Below, one piece after another: positions 9,723 through 18,402 of a stretch of 64,000 bases of DNA. The notes beneath the pieces are model-generated. The model worked only from the letters and a program-made list of their open reading frames with translations, ran no database searches and was not told the DNA's origin. Every line of letters begins with the position of its first letter. Position 1 is the first letter of the stretch. Position numbers and translations under genes: made by a program. This stretch comes from an uncultured bacterium (GTDB taxonomy: Bacteria > Krumholzibacteriota > Krumholzibacteriia > LZORAL124-64-63): positions 416,001-480,000 of the forward strand of contig CAVSGO010000003.1 of assembly GCA_963727525.1 (NCBI GenBank). The letters run 5' to 3'.

Positions 9723-10210
9723 CGGGTGGATGCATCCAGATTGAGGGTCATGTAGATGTGGTCGATGGGGTTCGTGAAACCCTTGGACTGGAAGAACCGG
9801 ACGGCGCGGTCGTTATCGGCCTGCGTGTCGACGAGGAGCATCCGCACACCCGCGGCCTGGACCAGATCGCGATAGCGATCGAAGAGGCGTTCGCCGATGC
9901 CCTGTCCGGCGAAGTCCGGGTCCACGCCCAGCCACAGGAGATGACCGTAGTTCCAGGCGGTATGTCGTTTCTCGATGATGCTGCCCAGCAGAAATCCAAC
10001 GACGCGTTCTTCAATATGGGCCACCGACATGTATTCGGGCTCGGAATTGAACAGGTGGGTGACTTCGTATTCGTCCCAGGTCCGATAGAGGTTCGAGGCC
10101 TCCTGGGAGGTGAACAGCCGTTCGCCCAGGTGGAAGATGGCGGGCAGATCGTCGATCGTTGCGACCCGGAATCTGATGTCGTGGTGGGGGCTCGACTCTG
10201 TCGTGCTCAT
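9719..10210 (-). CDS. GNAT family N-acetyltransferase
   Basis: LGVDPDFAGQGIG and NDRAVRFFQSKGF motifs. Overlaps the M20 gene by 4 bp. Confidence 0.85.
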   Translation of the reverse strand: MSTTESSPHHDIRFRVATIDDLPAIFHLGERLFTSQEASNLYRTWDEYEVTHLFNSEPEYMSVAHIEERVVGFLLGSIIEKRHTAWNYGHLLWLGVDPDFAGQGIGERLFDRYRDLVQAAGVRMLLVDTQADNDRAVRFFQSKGFTNPIDHIYMTLNLDASTR

Positions 10211-10414
10211 GGATCGTCTTCCTGTAGGACGGCGTGCTCCGAATGATCGTCAAGTTAGAGCAGAACCTGCCTGATAGAAAGTCAGGACCTCCATGTCGAC
10301 GTCGTCGCCACGCCCGCGTTCGTGGACGCGGGCGCCGTCTCGATCTAGTCTGGGAGCGACGAGGACTGCCGTCGCGATGCGCGGCGCCCCCCTTTCCGGG
10401 AGCGATCACGGCCC

Positions 10415-11812
10415 ATGGATCTCCAGCGACTCTGGTGGCGTACCCGTCGCCTCATCCAGCACGACATCTGGCAACTGCCGGAGCAGGTCCCCGACGGCCG
10501 GCGTTCGTCCGTGCTGCGGCTGCTGCGCATCGTGGTGCTGGCGGCGCGAGGATTCGCCGCCGACTCGCTGCAGCTGCGGGCGTCGGCCCTGGTCTACTAT
10601 ACCCTGCTGTCCGTGGTGCCCACCCTGGCGCTGGCCTTCGGCATCGCCAAGGGCTTCGGCCTGGAGACTGCCCTGGAGGAGGCGCTGCGCCACCAGCTGG
10701 CCAGCCAGCAGGAGGTGCTGGACCGGGTCATCGAATTCTCGCGGACATTGCTGACCAATACGCGGGGCGGCCTGGTGGCCGGGGCGGGCGTCGCGGTGCT
10801 GTTCTGGGCGGTGGTGCGCATGCTGAACAACATCGAGGCGTCGTTCAACGCCATCTGGGGCGTGGATCGGGGCCGCACTGCCGTGCGCAAGATCACCGAC
10901 TACCTGGCCATCGCCGTGCTGGCGCCGCTGCTGCTCCTGGCCAGCAGCAGTTCGGCGGTGACGATCAGCGGACGCGTGAACGCCGTGCTGGCCCAGCTGG
11001 GCGCGGCCGAACCGGTGAGCGGTGTGGTGCAGGCCGGGCTGGGACTGGTGCCGTATGTCATCCTCTGGCTGCTCATGACCCTGGTGTACCTGGCCATGCC
11101 CAACACGTCGGTGAGCTGGCGAGCTGGGCTGGCCGCCGGGGTGGTGGCGGGCACCCTCATCCAGCTGGTGCAGTTCGGCTACATCGGGGTGATGGTCAAA
11201 GTCACCCGGTACAACGCCATCTACGGCAGCTTCGCGGCGCTGCCGCTGTTCCTGATCTGGCTGTACGTGAGCTGGCTCATCGTGCTGGTGGGCGCGGAGG
11301 TGTCGTTCGCCGTGGACAACGCCGGGGACTATGCCCGCGAACGGGCGGCAAGCGGCGCCAGCCACCGCCAGCGGCGGCTGCTGGCGGTGCGCCTGGCGGG
11401 GGTGAGCGCCGCGCGGTTTCTGCGAGGCGACCCGCCCATCACAGCCGCCGAACTGGCGGAGCACCTGGGCGTGCCGGTGCGCCTGGCCCACACCGTGCTG
11501 CACGACCTGGTGCGGGCGTCGGTTCTGGTGGAGGTGCGCGACGAGCCGAGCCGGCCGCCGGCCTACCAGCCGGCCCGCGACCCCGGGTCGGTCTCCGTGG
11601 TGGAGGTGGCGCGGGCGTTCGACGGGCTGGCGGGCGCCAGCGAGGATCGGTCGCCGCCAGGGGTGGAACCGCCCGACCCGGTGCCCGACTCCGCCCTCGG
11701 CGAGGTGGTCGGACGCTGGGCTGGGCTGGACCGGGTGCTGGACACGGCCGCCGACAACTGGACCCTGGCGCGGCTGGCCCAGGCCGAGCGGGAACCTGAC
11801 GTCTCCGACTAA
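10415..11812 (+). CDS. YihY/BrkB family membrane protein with C-terminal Rrf2-like winged HTH
   Basis: ASALVYYTLLSVVP, IEASFNAIWGV and YNAIYGSFAALPLFLIWLYVSWLIVLVGAEV motifs. Confidence 0.85.
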   Translation: MDLQRLWWRTRRLIQHDIWQLPEQVPDGRRSSVLRLLRIVVLAARGFAADSLQLRASALVYYTLLSVVPTLALAFGIAKGFGLETALEEALRHQLASQQEVLDRVIEFSRTLLTNTRGGLVAGAGVAVLFWAVVRMLNNIEASFNAIWGVDRGRTAVRKITDYLAIAVLAPLLLLASSSSAVTISGRVNAVLAQLGAAEPVSGVVQAGLGLVPYVILWLLMTLVYLAMPNTSVSWRAGLAAGVVAGTLIQLVQFGYIGVMVKVTRYNAIYGSFAALPLFLIWLYVSWLIVLVGAEVSFAVDNAGDYARERAASGASHRQRRLLAVRLAGVSAARFLRGDPPITAAELAEHLGVPVRLAHTVLHDLVRASVLVEVRDEPSRPPAYQPARDPGSVSVVEVARAFDGLAGASEDRSPPGVEPPDPVPDSALGEVVGRWAGLDRVLDTAADNWTLARLAQAEREPDVSD

Positions 11813-12011
11813 TCCTGGGCGCTGGGCTTTTCGGTGAACAAGTAGTCCTTCAGCTTCGAGTCGAAGGCCGCATCGCGGCGGCGGATCCACTCGAGCACCA
11901 TGGCGGCGTGTTCCTTCTCCTCGTCGCGATTGTGGACGAGGATGGCCTCGAGGTGCTCGTCCTCGGTCACGTCGATGCGCTGGTCGGCTCGTGGTAGCTG
12001 GGGTTGGCCAT
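11809..12011 (-). pseudogene. Encapsulin-associated ferritin-like protein (EncFtn/Flp) relic
   Basis: AGGAG RBS, then MANPSYHEP, then a frameshift into DQRIDV...AILVHNRDEEKEHAAMVLEWIRRRD...LKDYLFTEKP*. The first helix is missing. Confidence 0.75.
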
Positions 12012-12199
12012 GGAGGGGTCCTCTCCTTGAATTGGAACACGGGTGGACGGGATGAGCGAGCGGCGATGGCGCCGACCGCTAGCGGGATCGGCTCCGTGAT
12101 TCCGGATACCCACACCGAAATATCAGGATACCGTCGATGGCCAACGGCTGGTGGTTCTCGCAACTCATTCCTAGGTTCGGTGATGAGGAAGGTGTCGCC

Positions 12200-12376
12200 A
12201 TGGCCTGCGAGTTCGACGTCCTGATCATCGGCACGGGCACTGCCGCGTATCAGATGGCGGCGGCAGGCGTGGTGGGCCAGAGCCGCGTGGCCATCGCGGG
12301 CGACCACACCCTGGAGGTGGCGGCGCGTCGTGGTGGTGGAGCCCGGCGCTGGCGGCCGGCCGCCTGTGCCGCCTGA
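12200..12376 (+). pseudogene. Pyridine nucleotide-disulfide oxidoreductase N-terminal relic
   Basis: RBS and MACEFDVLIIGTGTAA (FAD-binding GxGxxA start), truncated at about 58 aa. Confidence 0.5.
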
Positions 12377-12604
12377 ATGCCGACACCCTGGTGTCCCGTC
12401 TGCGCCGACCGCGCCCCGCTGGCACGACGGAGATCCTACTCACCCCGGTGGAGTTCCTCGCACGTCTGGTCGATCCGCTCGCCCCACCGCACAAGCTCGC
12501 AAGATTCGCATCGATTCGGCTCCGGCTGGTGGCGAGGATCCTCGGCGGCTCGATCAGGATATGATACATTCGGAGCACCGAATTATGAAACTGCTAGCCG
12601 CGAG

Positions 12605-12640
12605 AGCGGCGCTTCGGGGGGAAGCGGCGCTTCGGGGGGA
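12605..12640 (+). repeat. Perfect 18-bp tandem duplication AGCGGCGCTTCGGGGGGA x2
   Basis: Read directly from the sequence. The second unit supplies the RBS of the gene at 12647. Confidence 0.9.
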
Positions 12641-12646
12641 GCTGCC

Positions 12647-13702
12647 ATGTCGAGTACTTTTGCACTGATCATCATTGTCGGTGTCACCGGATTCGCCGCC
12701 GCCGCCGATCTCGGACCGACGGCGCCCGTCAAGCCCGCGGCGGTTTCGACGCCAAACGTTCCCGGCGAGCGCCAAGGCGGCGACACCGTCGAGACGGCCT
12801 TCCCGATCCCCGATCTCCCGTACAGCGCCACCGGGACGACCATCGGCTTCACCAATGACTACGATATCGAATGCCCCTGGGGTGGCAGCACCTCGCCGGA
12901 CGTATGCTATGCCTACACGCCCGCTCACGACGTCCTCATCGACGTCGATTTCTGCCACTCGAGCTACGACACCAAGGCGTACATCTTCGACAGCCATTAC
13001 GACATCGTGGCCTGCAATGACGACGCCTACTTCGAACCGCCGTGTTTCGTCTACTCGTCCCGGATCGATCGCGCGTCGCTCGCGGCCGGCGAGACGTACA
13101 CCATCGTCATCGACGGCTACTCGGGGGCAGCCGGCGCCTTCGTGATGGACGTGATGGAGTTCGTTCCCTGCCACCTCGACTGCCCGGCGGGCGCCGTCGC
13201 GGAGGGTGAACCGCCCCTCGACGATGACTACTACGACACGTGGAACAGCGGCTGCAACGATGCGGGCCTCGCTTTTCAGTCCCTCGTGGGCGACGTCGGC
13301 GGTTCGCTGGCCTTCTGTGGCCACGCCGGCTGGTACGGGACGTCCGGGATCACGATCCGTGACACCGACTGGTTCATCCTGACGATGGGGCCCACAGGTA
13401 CCATCGAGGTGACGATGGACGCGGAGTGGGAGACGTACATGTTCGAGATCGGCCCGCAGAACTGCGATGACGTGGCCGTCATCCAGCAGGCGATCGCCGG
13501 GCGCTGCTCGACGGCCGACCTGACGATCACCGGCTACGCGCCGGACGCGGTCGTGTGGTTCTGGGCGGGCTCGACGATGTTCCAGCCGCCCGCGGGTTTC
13601 GACTCGGAGTACATCTACGTGGCCTCGTTCACGGGACTGGCGCCGGGCGCCGTGGCGACCGAGGCGGCAACGTGGTCGACCTTGAAGGCAATGTGGGAGT
13701 AG
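12647..13702 (+). CDS. Secreted acidic Cys-rich protein (PPC-like beta-sandwich domains) with TWSTLKAMWE tail
   Basis: Signal peptide MSSTFALIIIVGVTGFAAA. Internal LAAGETYTIVIDGY segment. Ends VATEAATWSTLKAMWE. Confidence 0.7.
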   Translation: MSSTFALIIIVGVTGFAAAADLGPTAPVKPAAVSTPNVPGERQGGDTVETAFPIPDLPYSATGTTIGFTNDYDIECPWGGSTSPDVCYAYTPAHDVLIDVDFCHSSYDTKAYIFDSHYDIVACNDDAYFEPPCFVYSSRIDRASLAAGETYTIVIDGYSGAAGAFVMDVMEFVPCHLDCPAGAVAEGEPPLDDDYYDTWNSGCNDAGLAFQSLVGDVGGSLAFCGHAGWYGTSGITIRDTDWFILTMGPTGTIEVTMDAEWETYMFEIGPQNCDDVAVIQQAIAGRCSTADLTITGYAPDAVVWFWAGSTMFQPPAGFDSEYIYVASFTGLAPGAVATEAATWSTLKAMWE

Positions 13703-14126
13703 GTCGCGCCACTCGCTGCCGCCGCGTCGGCTAGCGCGGCGGCGTGAACAGGAAGGGCACGCGGAAAGTGGTGGTGCCCTCGTCGACCGGCGGCGGTGAC
13801 GGTGAGACTCACGACGAGCTTACCGCGCAGCCGACAGCGGCGCCGCTCGGCGAAACGGTGGAAAACTCGAGGCCTCTCGCCGCTCGACCCGGGGGCGACG
13901 CCGGGTGAAAAAGTGGTTTGGAGTGCCTATACCCCGAAGGAATGAGAGACCGGGAATCGGGATGAATCGTCACACGGGAACGAGAGCATCGACTCGGACG
14001 TGAACACCCAGGACATGGGCCCCCTCTGGACATGCCGCGCAACCAGGTGGTATCCTGTCCGGATTCGCAACGATTCGTCCGCGGCGCGCCGCGCGAGGCC
14101 GTCGTCACCTCGATGGGAGCCACACC

Positions 14127-15380
14127 ATGAAGGGCTTATTGCCGTCTCGCCGTATTACCACCGTCTTTATTTCCTTCGTTCTCGCGCTCTGTGCCGTGCC
14201 CGCGCTGGCGATCTGGGAGGTCGTGCCCAGCGGCACCACGGCCGATCTATACGGATTCGGCGAATTCGTCGGCCCGTGGGTCTTCGGTGATGGCGGCACC
14301 CTGCTGAGGTCGACGGACCAGGGCGCGACGTGGAGCCCCGTGGCGACCGGTGTCGGCGTGGCGCTGCACGACATCTTCCAGCCGTCGAGTGCAGAGTTCT
14401 GGATCGCCGGCGACGCCGGCACCGTGATCACCACCGCCAACGGCGGCACGAGCTGGACGCCGCATTTCGTCCCCGACCAGTCCACGGACCTGCGCGCAAT
14501 CTTCTCCCGCGGCAGCGGCGTGGCCTACGTGGCCGGGACCGGCGGCACGATCTTCTTCAGCGACGACGTGGGCATGAACTGGGACACGCAGACCAGCGGT
14601 ACCACCGCCGACCTGCTGGCCGGCATCTGTCCGCAGGGCGGCAGCACGAACCTCGCCGTGGTCGGAGGCGCGGGCGGCGTGATCCTGCGCACCACCGACG
14701 GTGGCACGACCTGGGCGCCACGCACGAGCCAGACCACCGAGGACATCCTCGATTTCACCGTCTCCGGCGCCACAGTGTTCGCGAGCTGCCGCAACGGCAC
14801 GATCCTGCGCTCCACCGACTTCGGCGACACGTGGGAAGTCGCGACCTCCTCGCTCCAGGCCGACATCCACGGCATCGCAACGAGCGGCCAGAACTCCGCG
14901 TTCATGACCGCCTGCGGCACCGCCGGCCGCCTCCTGAAGTCCACCAACGCCGGCGTGAGCTGGTTCACCCAGGCCAGCCCCACCGGAGCCGACCTGTACG
15001 CTGCCGCAGCCCCGAGCAACAGCCTGCATCTGGCCGCCGGCGCCGGTGGCATCATCGTCCGCACCACCGACGGCGGCGGCGGCGCAGTGGCCGTGCCCGA
15101 CGACACGATGCAACCGTGCGTGCTGCACACCCGCGGCGCCAGCCCCAACCCCTTCAATCCCCGCACCGTGATCGCCTTCACCCTGGACGCTCCCCGCCCC
15201 ACCCGCATCGATATCCACGACCTCGCCGGCCGCCACGTGAAGACCCTCGCCGACGGCTGGCGTGCCGCCGGCGAGCATACCGTGACCTTCGCGCCGAACG
15301 AGCTGGCCAGCGGCACCTACGTCTACCGCATCACCGCGGGCGGCGAGGTGGTGACGGGGAAGGTGTTGTTGCTGGAGTAG
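14127..15380 (+). CDS. YCF48/BNR-repeat beta-propeller with C-terminal sorting domain
   Basis: Signal peptide. Repeated G-x-x-G-x-I-x-x-(S/T)-T-D-G-G-x-(T/S)-W units. Ends PNPFNP...LASGTYVYRI...KVLLLE. Confidence 0.85.
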   Translation: MKGLLPSRRITTVFISFVLALCAVPALAIWEVVPSGTTADLYGFGEFVGPWVFGDGGTLLRSTDQGATWSPVATGVGVALHDIFQPSSAEFWIAGDAGTVITTANGGTSWTPHFVPDQSTDLRAIFSRGSGVAYVAGTGGTIFFSDDVGMNWDTQTSGTTADLLAGICPQGGSTNLAVVGGAGGVILRTTDGGTTWAPRTSQTTEDILDFTVSGATVFASCRNGTILRSTDFGDTWEVATSSLQADIHGIATSGQNSAFMTACGTAGRLLKSTNAGVSWFTQASPTGADLYAAAAPSNSLHLAAGAGGIIVRTTDGGGGAVAVPDDTMQPCVLHTRGASPNPFNPRTVIAFTLDAPRPTRIDIHDLAGRHVKTLADGWRAAGEHTVTFAPNELASGTYVYRITAGGEVVTGKVLLLE

Positions 15381-15541
15381 GGTGTGGATGGAGAGGGAGA
15401 GTGGAGTTACCCCGCTTGTTCGGACGGTCTAGGTCTTTCGTCACGCAGCGTCGGGAGCGTATCTCATCTTGTAGTTGATTTGGGACCGATTCCCGAGCCC
15501 GAGGTGGCGGTGATGCTGGTTGTCGAGGCACTCGATAGGTT

Positions 15542-16764
15542 GTGCCAAGAAGAATGTTGACGAGGCTTCGCACCGCCATCTCGCCTGCTAGGCCCGACTT
15601 TCTCACTACGCGGCGTACGTCAGCTTGTGCCTCCGGTTCACCTTCAATGGCCGCGTCTCGACCCGTCGCCAGTAGTAGTCATCCCACAACGGCGGCAACT
15701 CGATATGCGACACGAACAGCCGCCGCGACAACACCTCCTCCTCGGTCAGGGGCTTCGTGGCGATCCCGATCTGCATCGCCGGCGTGCTCCAGCACCGCTT
15801 CTCCCGACGCAACTTGATCGTGTTGCGCCACACCAGGAAGATCGCCAGCCGGTAGATCGAATGCTGCCGTCGCTTCCCGAACGCGATCGTCTCCCGCGTG
15901 TGGTCTTTCAGACAATGCCGCAGCAACATGTCCAGCAAGTTGACCTCGAACAACGGGTTGCGACTCGTCCGCGGCTCACGGGAGTCGATCGTCTCGTGGA
16001 TCACGTTGCCGTACCGTAGCTTCGCGATCGCATAGGGATAGGTCTTGTGCTTGTCGCTCCAGATGTGGGCCTCGGTGGCGCCGTCGAGCGAGACCGAGAG
16101 CACCTCGAGCAGCGCCCGCATCAACGACCTGGGGTCCGGCCGGCCATAGTTTTGTTCAAAGAGGGACCGTTTCCATTTCTGCTCGTCGGTCATCGCCCCG
16201 CTGCGTCGTCGCTCGGCCTCGGCGAAGTGGATGATGAAGCTGGAGCGGCGATCGACGGCCGTGACGATCTCGTAGGGGAAGTACTGGGAGTGCTCGAAGG
16301 TGACGAGGCCGTCGATGGCGATGTCCACGAAGGGTGACGCCTGGGACACCAGGTGTCGATGGAAGAGGATGCAGTGTCGGCCGAGGCGGGCGAGGAGGTT
16401 GTCGACGGTCGTCGGCGAGGTGTCGAGGAGCCTGGCGATCTGGCGGTTGGCGGCACCTGAGACGGCGTGCTTGTGGACCTTGGGCAGGAGATCGGCGCGT
16501 TTGAGCCAGTATGTGGTGCGGAAGGTCTGGTCTGAGCAGGTCCTGCCGCAGGCCAGGCAGAGGTAGCGCTGGACGGTGTAGGGCGGGGATTTTCGGGAGA
16601 AGGTGCCGAAGAGCGCGAAGGGCCAGGAATGCGGCTGAGGCTTGTGGTATTTGCAGTTAGGGTTGGGGCAGTGGGGAGGAAGCGTAGGGCATGAAGTGAG
16701 GGTTTTGGTGTTCATGAGGACGGGCCCAGGCAAGCGCTGGACCCGTCAACATTCTTCGTGGCAC
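15542..16764 (-). mobile_element. Insertion sequence copy 1 (1223 bp, IS1/IS1595-like)
   Basis: 21-bp TIRs GTGCCA(A/C)GAAGAATGTTGACG. GTT direct repeats at 15539-15541 and 16765-16767. Near-identical second copy at 59191-60413. Confidence 0.9.
15606..16733 (-). CDS. Transposase (zinc ribbon + HTH + DDE-like core); alternative ATG start at 16715
   Basis: CPNPNC...CLACGR zinc ribbon, NRQIARLLDTSPTTV HTH, and IAIDG, IWSDK and NLLDMLLR core motifs. Confidence 0.85.
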   Translation of the reverse strand: MPGPVLMNTKTLTSCPTLPPHCPNPNCKYHKPQPHSWPFALFGTFSRKSPPYTVQRYLCLACGRTCSDQTFRTTYWLKRADLLPKVHKHAVSGAANRQIARLLDTSPTTVDNLLARLGRHCILFHRHLVSQASPFVDIAIDGLVTFEHSQYFPYEIVTAVDRRSSFIIHFAEAERRRSGAMTDEQKWKRSLFEQNYGRPDPRSLMRALLEVLSVSLDGATEAHIWSDKHKTYPYAIAKLRYGNVIHETIDSREPRTSRNPLFEVNLLDMLLRHCLKDHTRETIAFGKRRQHSIYRLAIFLVWRNTIKLRREKRCWSTPAMQIGIATKPLTEEEVLSRRLFVSHIELPPLWDDYYWRRVETRPLKVNRRHKLTYAA

Positions 16765-16798
16765 GTTAGTCTTCGAACGCCACCGTGGGTTGATCGTA

Positions 16799-17311
16799 TC
16801 AGGCGGTCACGTCGACGATCACTCCGGATGTCTCCGCCGGTTGCGAGGTCTTGCTCGGGGCCGGATCCGTCCGCGGCGTCGTCTCGTCGCCGGGCGCCAT
16901 GAGCGCACGCAACCCGTCGGTGAGGCTCTGGAGGGCCGACGCCAGACCGGCGAGGACCTTGTCGCGATTGACCCCGTCGCCATCGCGAGCGTCGTGGAAG
17001 ACATCGTGCAGGTCACTCTTGAACGTGTCCTGCAGATCCTTCACCGCCTGCGCCGTCTCGGCGTTGAGGTCACTCGAACCGAGGGCCGAGCGGATCGCGT
17101 GGCGAACCTCGCGCGTGATCCCGTGCAAATCTTGCTGCCCGTGGGCCCGCCCGTGGTGCTCGTGATGATGCGCGACCCGGTGATCACCCCGAGACTCATC
17201 GGTCGTCGCCGTGGGTTTGGATGGCGTCTGCGTGGCGGCAGTGCTCGGCTGCGTCATCACGGGCCGTGGGTCCGGATAGCTGTAACTATTGGTGGAAGAT
17301 ATGGATAGCAT
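16799..17311 (-). CDS. Hypothetical His-rich helical protein
   Basis: AAGGAG RBS before the ATG at 17311. Ends GVIVDVTA. Confidence 0.6.
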   Translation of the reverse strand: MLSISSTNSYSYPDPRPVMTQPSTAATQTPSKPTATTDESRGDHRVAHHHEHHGRAHGQQDLHGITREVRHAIRSALGSSDLNAETAQAVKDLQDTFKSDLHDVFHDARDGDGVNRDKVLAGLASALQSLTDGLRALMAPGDETTPRTDPAPSKTSQPAETSGVIVDVTA

Positions 17312-17370
17312 GGATGGCTCCTTCGCTGGGGCAGCGCCGGGCTCCATCCCGGCAGGCGCAATACTCTATA

Positions 17371-17397
17371 TTTTCGGCCAGTAGCGGCTCGGCTTGA
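17371..17397 (-). promoter_or_regulatory. Putative sigma-28 (FliA) promoter
   Basis: Minus strand reads TCAA-N15-GCCGAAAA against consensus TAAA-N15-GCCGATAA, about 60 nt upstream of the ATG at 17311. Confidence 0.5.
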
Positions 17398-17524
17398 GCC
17401 CGCGGACCGGCAATCGGAGTCATCGCGGCTCCCCCTTTCTTCCGGCCGACGATACTCGCTTTTCATGGGACACTGAAAGCCGATTTCCCGTGAGTGATCG
17501 GCTGCCGTGAGAAAGGACATCCCC

Positions 17525-18340
17525 ATGAAGAACCTGATGTATACGATCGTGACGCTTTGTACGCTCGCCAGCGCCGTTCCGGCCCTCGCCCAGCAGTGGT
17601 ACTGGTTCGGGCCCTACGATCTGTTCCCCGCCGACAGCCGGTTGAGCGTGGTGGGCGGTTCGCCCTCGGCCGCGGCGCGCTTCGTCACCACCTCGCCCGG
17701 CGATCTGCAGTGGGCGTACATGGGCCTCGACCTGCCCGCGAACACGATGATCGACTCGGTGGCCGTGTGTTACCAGCTGCTGAACACGTCCACGTTCATC
17801 TCCGACATCCGCTTCAGCCTCATGGGGCCGCCTGACGTGGCCCAGGTCTACCTCGACCTCGGCACCGACCAGCACAGCCCCACCGCCACGTGCGTGACGC
17901 AGGCCGTCGGACTGACGACGCCCACGCAGGGCATGTTCCACCTTGGGCTGCGCCTGAACTTCGCGTCGGTGACCGACTACGTGGAGATCGGGGCCATCGG
18001 CGTGCTCGTGGAGACGGCGCCCTCGCCGACATCCGCGCCGGGTGGCGGCTCCATCCCGGACGTGCCTCGCCTCCTGGGCCAGAACGCGCCCAACCCGTTC
18101 AACCCCGGCACGAAGATCGCCTTCGAGCTGCCCCACGACGCCCACATCGAGCTCGGCATCTACGACGTGCAGGGCAAGCACGTGGCGACGCTGTTCGACG
18201 GCCTGCAGCGGGCCGGCCGCCACGAGGTGACGTGGAACGGCCGCGACGACGCTGGACAGCCCCAGGCGTCCGGCGTGTACCTCTATCGCCTGCAGGCCGG
18301 AGATCGCGTGGAAACGCAGCGCATGACGCTGGTGCGGTGA
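17525..18340 (+). CDS. Secreted protein with unknown N-terminal domain and C-terminal FlgD/T9SS-like domain
   Basis: AAAGGA RBS and signal peptide (ALA). Ends QNAPNPFNP...WNGRDDAG...SGVYLYRL...RMTLVR. Confidence 0.8.
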   Translation: MKNLMYTIVTLCTLASAVPALAQQWYWFGPYDLFPADSRLSVVGGSPSAAARFVTTSPGDLQWAYMGLDLPANTMIDSVAVCYQLLNTSTFISDIRFSLMGPPDVAQVYLDLGTDQHSPTATCVTQAVGLTTPTQGMFHLGLRLNFASVTDYVEIGAIGVLVETAPSPTSAPGGGSIPDVPRLLGQNAPNPFNPGTKIAFELPHDAHIELGIYDVQGKHVATLFDGLQRAGRHEVTWNGRDDAGQPQASGVYLYRLQAGDRVETQRMTLVR

Positions 18341-18349
18341 ACAGCAAGC

Positions 18350-18385
18350 GGGCGGGCGGAAGCTTGGGACCGTACCGCCCGCCCC
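18350..18385. terminator. Hairpin between convergent genes
   Basis: gggcgggcgg...ccgcccgccc inverted repeat. Confidence 0.45.
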
Positions 18386-18402
18386 ACCGCTCTCCCACCG
18401 CG

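Noticed and set aside
13745-14120. Long intergenic region as a possible riboswitch or ncRNA
   Set aside because: No recognisable riboswitch consensus by eye. An Infernal/Rfam scan would be needed.
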